DNA of 64,000 bases. It comes from Octopus sinensis. Taxonomy: Eukaryota. Position numbers and translations under genes: made by a program. The stretch covers positions 31,868,001 through 31,932,000 of the forward strand of contig NC_043006.1 of the NCBI RefSeq assembly GCF_006345805.1. The letters are read 5' to 3'. Below, piece after piece: positions 52,480 through 64,000 of this stretch (positions are counted from its first letter, which is position 1; each line of letters starts with the position of its first letter). Below the pieces are notes generated by a model that saw only the letters and a list, made by a program, of their open reading frames with translations, searched no databases and had not been told where the DNA came from.

Positions 52480-53110
52480 TGTAGTTGAGAAAAAGTTAGC
52501 TGACAAGGACTGGAAGCCATCTGAATATTGGAAGGAGGTTCGCAAGAGTTACATGTGTCATGATGATTTGTGTTGAGTATCAAAGTGCTGAAAGACATAA
52601 CATGGATGACACCTGTAATAGAGACTAAGAAGCCATGACCAGCCGGAAGGGGTACAGCAGGCATACTGACCGCATCTGCACACTGAAATTTATCCAACTG
52701 CTGACGAACAGAACCTTAGGATCAATTCAGAAGCTGCTGGAGACCATGCTCAAACCCTGGCTGGAGAGGGTCGTTGTTGAAGGCCATATGTCTGACAGCA
52801 GGAATTAGCTGCTTGCCATTCTTCTGGAAAGAGTCAGAATTAGCTGTTGAAGAATTCCTATGACTTCACTAGCCCCAATTTCTAGCCTCCTAATTTCCCT
52901 GATTGTAACCCCATAGATTACTGTGTTTAGGGTGCAGTTGAGGACACCAACCATTCTGTCTGCAACACCAAGGCTGAGCTGGTGGCCAAAATCAAAGAGC
53001 TGTCTGAAGATCTTCCCAGGTACACAGTGAAGAACACATGCACCAAGTTCCGGTGCCATCTTGAGTGCTCTGGTGGATGCTGAGAGTGGCTACATTGAGC
53101 AAATTGTTAT
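52480..53110 (+). mobile_element. maT/DD37D-like Tc1/mariner deletion derivative (second copy)
   Basis: WKPSEYWK, PPNFPDCNPIDYCV, KAELVAKIKE...KFRCHLE. Homologous to 23530-24075. Confidence 0.75.
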
Positions 53111-54246
53111 CGCCCAGCCATAATCTGGTTTTGATATTTTTTTGATCTTTTAAAACACTTTAATTTTTGGGTGGGGTATTGTGTTTTCTTTCCCTTTGAA
53201 GCAAATTAACGCTTAGTCCAAACAAACTGTAATTTAAAGTTTTGGTTACCTAGGTAACAAAACCAGCTGCAGAGGTGGGTATTCTGAAAGCACTGAGTCA
53301 GAGCAAGAATGAGACAGTAAAAGTTCATGGAGCTACTATTACCTGTACTTGCAGCAAAAGGGTCCTCTTTTGAGGTTTAAGAGCAAATTGTATGATGCTG
53401 CATGGTTGTGAGACAAAGGTGCTAAATGCAGAGGATGTAGAGAGGCAGAGAGGAAAGAAGCAAGACATTTTGTTGTATGTGTAATATCAGTGTGCATAAA
53501 TGATGGAGAAAAAAATAGGTTGAGAGGAAAACTAGGTACAGGAGATATTAGATGTAATACTGCAGTGGTAAAGACATGTGAAGTATGCGAGTTGGATGAA
53601 GAAGTGTCAGATAATCCAAGAGGTAAGAATCTACAGAACTGGAAGACCAAGGGTAGACGAGGGAAAATGATGAAGGTTTATTTTCTGAGGAGCCTGAACC
53701 TCATGAAGGAGGAAATAAGGAACAAGTGGCAAGTATAAAAAAATCAAACATAAAATGATGTTTCATGAAAACCGAATTAATTCACAGGCTTTATGGTGTG
53801 CTATACAATATAACTATATTTCTGTGATTTTCATTAAGGTCATGAAACCTTCCTAGATGGTGCCCCAGCATGGCCACAGTCCAATGACTGAAACAAATAA
53901 AAAAAAATAAAAGACAGTGCTATGGCTATTGTGGTTGTTGTTCTTTAGTTCCAGGTCAGCCCTACTTGAGAGATTTTTGATCAAAAGCATTGTAGTCATA
54001 ACCTCCCAGCCTTTCCAGACATTTTATCTAACAGCTGTTCTCAATGCTGGCTGTACTGGCATGGGTTGGAGAGTTTATCCTGGAGCACTACCTTCAGTCA
54101 AACAAATCGACCCCAGAACTTATTCTTTGTAAGCCTAGTACTTATTTTATCGGTCACATTTGCCGAAGCACTAAGTTACAGGGGATGTAAACACACCAGC
54201 ATCGGTTTGGGGGAAACAACACAGACACACAAACATACATACATAT

Positions 54247-54293
<47 letters not shown>

Positions 54294-54296
<3 letters not shown>

Positions 54297-55365
54297 TTAT
54301 ATATAAAACTGAGAATGTGTGTCTGTCTGTCTGTGTGTTTCCTTAAAACTTGAGAACTACACAACCAATTTCATTCAAATTTTACACATGCCTTACTTGG
54401 GGTCCGGGGAGTGTCATCGGCAAAAAAATGTTCAACTTTTTGCCTAGGGTGAGCCCACAGCAATATCATATCTTCTCCACTACGATTCCCTAAAACTTGA
54501 GATCTACACAACCAATTCCATTCAAATTTTACACATGCCTTACTTAGGGTCCATGTAGTTTCATGGGCAAAAAAAATGTTCAACTTCTTGCCTAGAGCAA
54601 GCCCATAGCAATATCATATCTGCTCCACTATTTCAGTATTACGTGTTAAAAATGAGACAAAACCGTTTCTCTATTTTATGTCAGATACTTTCACTTTAAC
54701 AATAAAAATAATAACAATTGAATTATATGTATTAAGTAATAATTAAAATCAAACTAACGTATAATATAATCGTAACATAACAAAAGTAAAAATAGCAATT
54801 GGTATAAAATTGCATCCATGACTTAAACAAGTGGTTTCACATGAATGGGAATAAATTAAAAATAAAATTAGCGTGCGGAAATGGAATAGTCCAGATGGAT
54901 AATAAAAAATTAAATTAAAGACTATTGTCTATTAAGTATACAATGTAGAGAAAAAAGAAGATTTGAACACATGGAGGAAAGCACCTTCGAAAAGTGTCTT
55001 GGTGCGACTATGAAAGGTATCTAATCAGAGGCGGTAAATTCGCCACAATAGAAGCAAGGTTCGAGTCAACGGAGCGTGCAAGGGAGTACTCGACTCGAAC
55101 TTGCAAAGTGGAAATATTTTATTTTTACCTTTATATCTGGGACATAGGACGTCCCGGAAAAAAAAGTTAAATGCCCCCGCCCCCCTTCCCGAAGTAGAGG
55201 TAGGCTAGATTGTAGCCACACTTCTATACAAGAGGGAGGACAAGATACAATTGATCAAAATTACAAGAGACGGGCTAACAATTCCAGTCTGTTATATATT
55301 TTGAGTATTGTTATCACTAGCGATATCAAGATATAACTTTGTATTTTGTATTTTATGTGTAGATG

Positions 55366-55397
<32 letters not shown>

Positions 55398-55471
55398 GAT
55401 GTAAATGTAATATGTACACATATATACATGCACTAGCACTATGACTCAGCAACGACGGGTCTTTAATGCTA

Positions 55472-55472
<1 letters not shown>
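54294..55472 (+). mobile_element. Non-autonomous Helitron
   Basis: A|TCTTTATATATAAAA start. About 148-bp internal tandem duplication. Subterminal hairpin GACTCAGCAACGACGGGTC, then CTAG|T end. No TSD. Confidence 0.85.
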
Positions 55473-55512
<40 letters not shown>

Positions 55513-55932
55513 GGTAGTGGGTAGCAATCTTCTTCACTACCTCAGGGAGTGACGACCCTGCCGGACATGAGTCCCAGGCTCAGCTGGCTCCAGCTGACAA
55601 TACCCAGTATGGGCCCCTATCCAGGGTTACAGAAAAGAGACAACCTTCAAAGAAATCCAGAGTGGAGTCCCGTAAGCGGTTTAATGTTCGACTCAACACT
55701 CTTCTGACAGCTCCTGTAACCAAGCTGGTCCCAAATGTAATGCTCTGCACTCCTTTGGATTACGTCAGCAAGGTTGAAAGAGGAATCCTGACAATTGGGC
55801 TATCCAGGATTTTCTTACATGTAGCCCAGGCCTGCACAAAACTGGAGAGGAAACTGGAAACGACGTGAAATGTAAAAACCAGACTGGATTACTTTATGTG
55901 CAACTCCATTGTCTCCCGAGACAAAAGGATGC

Positions 55933-55982
<50 letters not shown>

Positions 55983-56751
55983 GACAGGCTTCTTTCAGTT
56001 TCTGTCAACCAAATTCACTCACAAGGTTTTGGTTGGCCTGAGGTTACAGTAGAAGACACTTGCCCAAGGTGCCACGCAGTGGACTGAACCCAGAACCATG
56101 TGGTTGGTAAGCAAGCTACTTACCACACAGCCACTTGACAAGATCCAGCAAGCCTCAGGACTGCATTGGGCTCCAATGTCAGTTTTGACATGATTTCTAC
56201 AACTGCATGCCATTCCTAACATCAATCACTTTACATTGCGTACTGGATGCGTTTCTTTCTCCCCTCTTTTTTTATTTATATTTTTGTGCTACCAGCACTA
56301 AAGAGGTTGCCATATAAGTTACAAAACAGAAAAGAAGGTAAGAGCCCCCTTGATTAAGTGGGAGATTAACTTTTACCTAGATATTCATCACTGCTATCAT
56401 TCAACATCAATTTCCCATGCTGGCATGGGTTGGGTTACCCTGCATTATATGAGGGTGGGTATATACATACATATGTAATATATATAATTATGGCCAATTA
56501 ACTATTGACTATTACTAATTAGTGTAATGATAAGAAAGTAGAAACAGCGAAGCGTCAGAGTCAATGTTTCACGGCTACATTCTGAGTTCAAATTTTGATG
56601 GAGCTGATTTAGTGTATTTTTACCGATATCGATATAAACCAGAATCAAATTATTTTTGACTATGAAACCTTAAAGGTCTTTAGGTCTCCAAGTCAAGAAA
56701 CAAAAAGAAGCCTCAACAGACTTTTAGACAGTCTTTTTTAGATCGCTTATA

Positions 56752-56990
56752 TTGGATTGGTGCATAATTATTGCGGGTTTTTTTTTCAATAAATTTTATT
56801 CAACAAAAACAATAACATGTAGCAAAAACATCTTTAAATGATTATTCCGAAGCATATTCACCATCTACTTCAATTACTGCTTCCCATTTGCTTGGCAGAC
56901 GGTCAGACCGTCATTTAAAGATGTTTTTGTTAAATATTGCTATTGTTTTTGTGGGAAAAAAAAAGCCACAATAATTAAGCACCAACCCAA
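56752..56990. mobile_element. Mariner foldback MITE made of two right ends
   Basis: TA|TTGGATTGGTGCATAATTATTG ... CAATAATTAAGCACCAACCCAA|TA. About 90-bp arms. Centre encodes RLPSKWEAVIEVDGEY on the - strand. Confidence 0.85.
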
Positions 56991-58908
56991 TAGTCAAATG
57001 AATAGGTTCCCGTATGAAAACAAAGCTTATACTAGTGAAATTTAAATTCGAGCAAATTAATTGCAGCTAGATATCTAGTCCACCAGCCTACTATTTCTGT
57101 CAAAACATAAGAAAGATATTTCCGTAGAACTTGAAGACATTTGGCTGCTATTTCTAGCTAGTCGAGCGAACATATACAGCAGAAATGGGGGGGGGGTACA
57201 GAAAGGGTGAAATTACCTAATGAGATGCATCTGAGATGAGATAAACAATCTTAGCTTTATGAGTAATGCGTTGATCTTTAGGTTTAAAAAGTGTTTTTTT
57301 CTATTGAACTTTTTGTCAATGAGCCGTTTCAAAACTTAATTGTGAGCGAGAATATCTCCACTTCTGATGTAATGGCTCTCTCGAATGCTGAAGACATAGC
57401 AATAAGAATTATAACATACTTAATCTTTCTCCGTGTTCATAATTCTCAGAAAAGATTCTACGATGCAGACATTGGTAACTATGGACTGAAAATCACGTGG
57501 AGTGGTGTAAGGGACGTAACTATATTGCTATGGCTGGTGTGGAAGTTCTTTATAGAAAATATATAATATATGAATATATAGAAAATATGTCTTTATTACT
57601 GTCATCTGAACGGATTCAATCGATTTTTGCGATTAATTCGTTATTCCAAATTACTCCTGTTCGAACGCGTTCCCTGGTAGGGTCCATGGTAAGTAAGTAC
57701 AAGACTGCACTAGTTTCTTCTTTACATTCAAAGAATGAATATTGATAATTATCAATACATCGTAAAATGCGCTATTAAATTGGTTAATTTATGGAAAATA
57801 ATATTTCCAATCATATATACTAAACCGTCTGCATTTTCTTTTGGTTTGTTGTCAATAACTCCTGGGCATTATTATATCAATGATTGGAATCTTTAAATTA
57901 AATTCTACGGAAACGTTACATGAAAACAAAGACTTGTGTCAATGTATTGCGATGATTAAGCTACGAGACACTTTTCCATATGGAAGCTCCTCAACTCGCT
58001 TGAGAATTTAATATATTTTACGGTTGAATGAGGATAAATATCTGAGCTTATGAATAAAAGAATTTGATACTTAAAACATGAATCCCCCCTTTTCTAAAAA
58101 AGAATTAAAATTTAGGTATCGAAATATCAAAATTTTGATGTGTGCCTTCTTTACATTAATTCAAAAGGCACACCGTTATTAGATGAGGGTTATCCACCAT
58201 AAAGGGATCATATCCTGGTTTATCCTAATTACTATTATTGATAACTATTGCAGTTTTCCTAATTATTTTTATAATCCAATCAAACTGATCAGATAATAAA
58301 AGTATCGATCAAGATTTGGAAATAAAACCACTTTGTATACCTAGAGACATTTGTTTATACTTGTGTGACAGTAAATTAATATTTACAAAACAGAAAATAG
58401 TAACAAATATTTTTTTTTAAATGAGCCAGTCGCATGTGCTTTTTTGTTTTTCCTCTAACACATAATAATGTCTAGTTTAAATAGGGACTTCGTTACTTAT
58501 ATGGAATGTAAATAAAATCCTAATTGAAACAATCTTTAAAATGTCTTAGATTGAATCTTTTTACTCATTTCGTTGAGTATTTCGATTTCTTTTTTATATT
58601 TCTAAATGATTTGTATTGTAAAGGGACACAGAAGACTAATATAGTCACAACTCCTTATATATATATATATATATATATGTAAGCTATATATAAAAGATGG
58701 TCCTACATTAATTAACAAATTTTCAATTAAATAAAGCTTGTTATATTAACATGCTGTGTTAATTGTATTAAGGATCTTTTAACACATGGCTAAGTTGGAA
58801 AGCAGTGCGTGTCTTTATCTGAACAGCACTTATTATCCTAATATGTATAATGACACCTTAATAGCCGGTTCTTTTCATAGTGCAGTCATTGTATTAACTG
58901 CTACTTAC

Positions 58909-58932
58909 CTGTTGGTCAACATTGTTCGACAT
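58909..58932 (-). CDS. PSME3: PSME3 coding exon 1 (MSNNVDQQ)
   Basis: ATG TCG AAC AAT GTT GAC CAA CAG followed by a consensus GTAAGT donor. Phase 0 joins exon 2. VDQ matches the vertebrate PA28-gamma N-terminus. Lies in a CpG-retaining region. Confidence 0.8.
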
Positions 58933-59110
58933 GACGTGGCTACAAGACGAAATGGCACCAAAAGTAAATGTAAACTTAAGACAAACTTGCGCCAAATTCT
59001 TTCTGGCGTCCCTGCATCTAAGACTAGAGAACGACAATGTAAGGGAGTTCACTCGCCGGCATCCACCCGACATCACAGCGAAAATGACGTCATAGACATC
59101 CAAAAGCAGA
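58933..59110 (-). promoter_or_regulatory. PSME3 5'UTR/core promoter with perfect CRE palindrome TGACGTCA (59085-59092)
   Basis: CpG-retaining unique sequence directly upstream of the ATG. CRE about 150 bp upstream. TSS not determinable. Confidence 0.55.
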
Positions 59111-59544
59111 ATTATTAATTAAACAATTATTTAATTAATATGAAATAAATATGTAATACAGTTTTTAAAAATAAAATTTATCAAAAGCACAGTATCGAAT
59201 TTATTAAATACCACTTTCAGGAATGTACTAACAATTTACATATAGGAAACCATTTTAGAAAAAAAAAAGAGCTTTGACACAAACGTGTTGTCTAATTCAT
59301 TGGAAATGAATAGATAACACTTCAATATATCGCAGATAACAGTGTCTACTGGTCATTAATTGAACTACAGTTGAGTACTTGGAACATGTATAATTCTTGT
59401 ATGCGTGTACCACCTGTGCAATGGTATCGAGTTGTAGATATGCATGGCGATAAATTCTCGTTACGGTTTAATATACGATATCGTCAGGAAAAGTACAAGT
59501 GAATAAATGCATGTGTGTATGCATATATATGTATATATTCTTGT

Positions 59545-59750
59545 ATTCTCTTCATGTATCAGTCATTAGCTTGCATCCATGCTGGAGCATCGTTTTGAAA
59601 GTTATAGTCGATCAAATCGCCCCTAGTCGCTATTTTTAAGTCGAGTGCTTATTCCATCCTGCTACGTTGCGGGGACGTAAATAAATTGACAATTGTTTAC
59701 AAGCGGTGGTGGAAGACAAACACTAAAACCTGCACGCACGCACACGCGCA
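59545..59750 (-). mobile_element. SINE family A tail/body (diverged)
   Basis: CAGTCATTAG...CCATGCTGGAGCA...GGGGACGTAAA motifs. Confidence 0.7.
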
Positions 59751-60487
59751 TAACAAGAAAGTATGAACATGCTGTTGCAACGCATTAAGTCATTTATGAC
59801 ATATTTATACAGAAGAAAGAACGAAATTTTATAGATTTAACAGAAAACTGAGAGGATCCAGGGCGTGAAAGTTCATAGTGCTTTGTCATAAACACGTACA
59901 AATCCAGGGAAAAAAATCATACAATAATGTAGTGAAACAGAGGAGAACTGGAGGAGTTGTCCATGTTGGTTCACTCTAGATAGGTATATAAAATCCATGG
60001 GATCACTAGTGATAGCCTCATAAATGATGATTGGGAAAATGCAGATTGTTCTTTACAGCAGTTTCTGTGGGAGGTGTTCATTAGCAGTAGCTTTGTGCAT
60101 TGTGTCTACATATACATAAATTACATTAGTGCAAGTTACTTTGATTCAATACAATAACTTGCACCATTCTATCTTACTGTGAATTTCTTAGATTTGTACC
60201 TGTCTATGCCAGACCATCACCCTCCAGATTTTCTCAATTCTCTGCTAAATTTCTTCTGTATAAATATGTTATAATTGACTTGATGCCTTACCTGTTCATG
60301 TTTTATTCTACTATACCTACATCCATTTGACCACTACATTGCCTATAGTAAACTCTTATCTCCATGAATCATGCATCTCTTAACTTAATGTTAGATTTCA
60401 GACACATGGTCAGGTCTGAGCATTTATTGTTTGAACCTGTTGTCTTTTTGACATTTTTTTTTTGCCTACATATATAAATATAAACAT

Positions 60488-61950
60488 ACATCATCATCAT
60501 TTAACACTTGTTTTCCATACAGGTCTGGGTTGGATGGTTTTGACAAGAGCTGGAAAGTCAGAATATGCGACTGAAGTTTGAACGCCATAATATAAGTGGC
60601 AGGGCATTGCAAAGGAAGCATGATTAAATAATGCAGAGGTGAAGATTGAATGGCGATAACCTGGGTATTTATAGAGTCGGGGGGGGGGGCTACAGGATAG
60701 CAATGATACAGAGGAACAGGGCTGTGAGGATAGGCTTGGGGAGGGAGATAGTGTCTGAAGGAGGAAATGTAAGGAAGAGAAGAGATGTAGATTGATTTGT
60801 TGGGGTTAGGGTGTGTGTAAAGTTTTCATTACATGTGGGTGGAACACAGGTTGGGGGCTAGTGGACAGCAATGTTACAATGAGACAGGGCATGTGGGTGG
60901 AACACACAGGTTGGGGGCTAGTGGAGAGCACTGATACAGTGGCACAGGGCCAAGAGCACAAGATTGGGGAGTGAGAGATTAGCGTAGTGCATGAAGTGGA
61001 AATGTGAGGAAGAGAAGAGATATAGAAATGTAGTTTGGTTTGTTGTGGTAGAGTGTGTAAGAAATTTTCTTGTTAAGTATGGGACACACAGCACTTCTAG
61101 AGCTCAGTTTCGCTGACATAGAACTTCATATCACCAGACATTTCTGTCCATTGTCATTTCATCTGTGAGACCCAACATCCTGAGATCAGTCCTTACCACT
61201 TCATCTCACGTCTTCCTGGGTCTCCTTTTTCTGCAGGTACCATCCACTTTCAGTGATCGGCACTTCTTTATGCAGCTGTCCTCATTCATACACATCACAT
61301 GTCCAAACTAACATAGTCTTTTCTGTTGCATACTACATTTGATTTCTCTTATGCCCATCTTTTCTCTTAATACATTTGCACAGTCTTACATGCGCACTGA
61401 TATTGCACATCCGACGGAGCATACTACCTTAATTTCTCTCCAGCCTATGCATGTCTTCTGCATTCAGAGCCCATGTCTTACTACCATGGAGTATAGCCAT
61501 TCGTACACAAGCATCATATAATCCTACCTTTCACTCTGAGAGAGAGTCCTTTTATTTCCAACAGAGGTTGTAGCTTCACTTCCACTCTATTCTTATTTTA
61601 GAAACAATACTTTCAGAGCATCCTCCCATCATTGCTAATTTGGTCACCTAGGTAACAGAAACTATCTACAACTTCAAGAGAGCCTCCTGGATATTTGAGA
61701 GAATCTAAGTCCCGTGTGCTCTTGGTGCTTATTGTTCCTGCACATCTGCCACATACAAAGACGACTTTATCTGTTAATCTACCTATGATTCCACTGCACC
61801 TCTTATACGTCCATAGTTTACACTGGGTGCAGCAAATGGAATTTCTTCCAACTCCTTTACTACATATTTAGGAGGGCCATTTACCTGACAGAGTTTTATC
61901 TTCTTTCTTACTAACAATAACTACAATTACAACTTTGGTCTTTGGTAGGT
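60488..61950 (-). mobile_element. Older RTE LINE copy with decayed ORF and long repeat-containing 3'UTR
   Basis: KTKV, WP..IC.KGVGRNSI.CTQCKLW..KRC...FVCGRC, FCYLGD, RRPRKT motifs. (GAT)n tail at 60488. Confidence 0.85.
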
Positions 61951-63814
61951 CATGTAATTATTGTTGTGCTATTGTATCAATAACTTGGAAGAAGTCTATT
62001 TTCTTATAGTATTATTTTATTCTTTTATTCCTATTTTATTCCTTGTTTTACTCTGCCTTAAAGAGTCTAGTCAACCAAATCAAACTAAGTGTGTAGAAAA
62101 GAAGAGGAAAAGTTATACGTTATCATTCATTATTGCTTTCACCTCAATTAATATTCAGTTAATTTTCTACCACTGGTGATTCAACATTCAAACAAGTAAA
62201 ATACTAATGCTATAGTTCATTTCTTCTTTCTGTAAATCCACTTTGCTTTGAAGTTCATGTCATGTTCATATGCTACAGAATTAGTTGAAGGACAGCATTA
62301 TCTTGACGACTCACTTGCCTTGAGCATACAGATGCAGATCTCTATCCATTTGACAGACCATGACACAGACTCACTTGCATACTTTTGTATGGTAGGAAAT
62401 AAACTGCCTAGAAAATGCATCTAAGGCAAACAGCTTACATTTACAGAAATAAATTAAGAGATTGAGTAGATGTATGCATAGAAGTACAGCAACAAAGACA
62501 AGAGCTTGTTGCATGCAAATTAATGTTTTATCAACTATACATTCATATACATACATATATATAATCATCATCATCGTTCAATGTCCACCCTCCATGCTGG
62601 CATGAGTGGGACGGTTTGACAGGAGCTGGCCAGGCAGAAACCTGTGTGTGGGTGTGTGTGTGTACTAGCTTATATATGGAATGAATATCTCAAAAGGATG
62701 TGTTATGATACTATTCTACAGCCATATCAACAATCCAATAATACTATTCCACATATACAAAAACAGCCATACCAACAATCCAACATACTTCCATCATCAA
62801 CTTCGACACCTGGGCAATACCACTCAATCCGGCGGTGTATGTATATATGGGTGATATTAATTGCAGAGCCTAGAGCATAGGCAGTGGAACTTTGTAAAAG
62901 AAATTACAATGGATTTTGGGGAAAGATAAACAGATACACAGACAGATTATTGTCTTGGAAATATAATATCAGAATCAATCGTCCCACCTTCATTTACAAG
63001 TGTAAGGTCTGTGGATCAGGTCTACATGCACCCATCAATAGCAATAGCTAAGGCAGCAGATACTTTTTCCAGCTGTAGTGATTCCAGTTGCCATGAATGA
63101 AGAAAGGAACCAAACTATTCTCTTATGCTTTCTTACTTCAGATGGTGCCACATTGTTTCTACACTCCTTTCTTTCCACCAGCTGACTTGTCAGCAACTTT
63201 ACCATTAGACTCCCAATGCTCTTGGAAGAATTATTTCAGGCAGCTTGCATACAGTTTGTACATAATGTTAAGACAGGCTACAGTTCTCTACCAAGACAGT
63301 GTTTTTATTCTTGGTCACAAGGTTTGCTCAATCTATGGCAAGACAACTTGATAAATCAATCTGGCTTTCCATAGTTATTTGTATAAATAGTTTTCTATAA
63401 AAAGTAAATGCCTCCTATTTGTAACTAACTATGAGATCTTTCTTCATGGTGCCTTCCTATTATCCATTATTTCCACAACATTGGTGAATCTTCCAACATC
63501 AATCTGCTGAGGTTGGTACCGTGTTTTGGCTTTTATTTTATCTGGCTATGTTCTATTTCAATTCAAATCCACACTTTCATTCTAGATCTTTGACCATTAT
63601 TAATTTAGATCTTCCTGAAAAGGGGCCTTTCTACAATGATATTTTCCTCTCTTACCCCACTCTATACAGTTTGTGAGTTAAAAGCAAACTCATGGCTTAT
63701 ACTGACTCATTGTAATACTTCTTCCAGTTGCAGAGTTTTTCACTCTCTAGTTTGAGTTCATGTTATTAATTTTCCCCCATATGTATCCACATACATGTAT
63801 GTATGTGTGGATAT

Positions 63815-64000
63815 ATTAGGTTGTTCCGAAAATAATAGCCACGCTAAGTGTTGTGTTTTGAAATGCAATTTTATCATAGTATTTGAGTTATATTTTAGGT
63901 GAATTTTGACATACTTAGTAATTGATGTATGCTCTTTTATAATTTTCTACTTATTTCAGACAAAAAACATTCTTGAAGCATAGGTGCCCTTAATTATGAA
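63815..64000 (+). mobile_element. Possible mariner-type element left end
   Basis: TA|TTAGGTTGTTCCG mariner-like terminus, truncated by the window edge. Confidence 0.35.

Noticed and set aside
58894-59103. 69-aa ORF as a longer PSME3 N-terminus
   Set aside because: The upstream part has no PA28 similarity and no ATG start. The ATG at 58932 gives the expected N-terminal length.
60129-60164. Hairpin GTGCAAGTTA...TAACTTGCAC as a pre-miRNA
   Set aside because: Only a 10-bp stem, too short, and no recognisable mature miRNA.
59880-64000. Exons of a divergent neighbouring gene
   Set aside because: No convincing open, splice-flanked coding segment was found. The region is mostly decayed LINE sequence (62940-63750 is probably another old LINE, but too degraded to call).

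Overview
Repeat-saturated metazoan genomic DNA, most likely an octopus/coleoid cephalopod. That assignment is inferred from the extreme microsatellite density and the tRNA-headed SINE families, not proven. The only host gene I can support is PSME3 (PA28-gamma/REG-gamma proteasome activator): 9 coding exons on the minus strand (58932 to 33536), all GT-AG, giving an intact 242-aa ORF. The rest is microsatellite and decayed mobile DNA: R4/Dong-like, Tx1/L1-like and RTE LINEs, Penelope-like remnants, Helitrons, mariner/Tc1 relics, a MULE, hAT and piggyBac MITEs, and several SINE families. Nearly all ORF-track entries are microsatellite artefacts. Best leads: (1) an RTE LINE family with a PHD-type zinc finger inside its reverse transcriptase, found embedded in (TA)n; (2) minimal hammerhead-ribozyme motifs, one inside a 31-bp inverted repeat in a PSME3 intron; (3) SINE-internal (TA)n tracts acting as landing pads for LINE and Helitron insertions; (4) a near-total strand bias of one SINE family. 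No CRISPR or other prokaryotic system is present, and I cannot claim a demonstrably new system.
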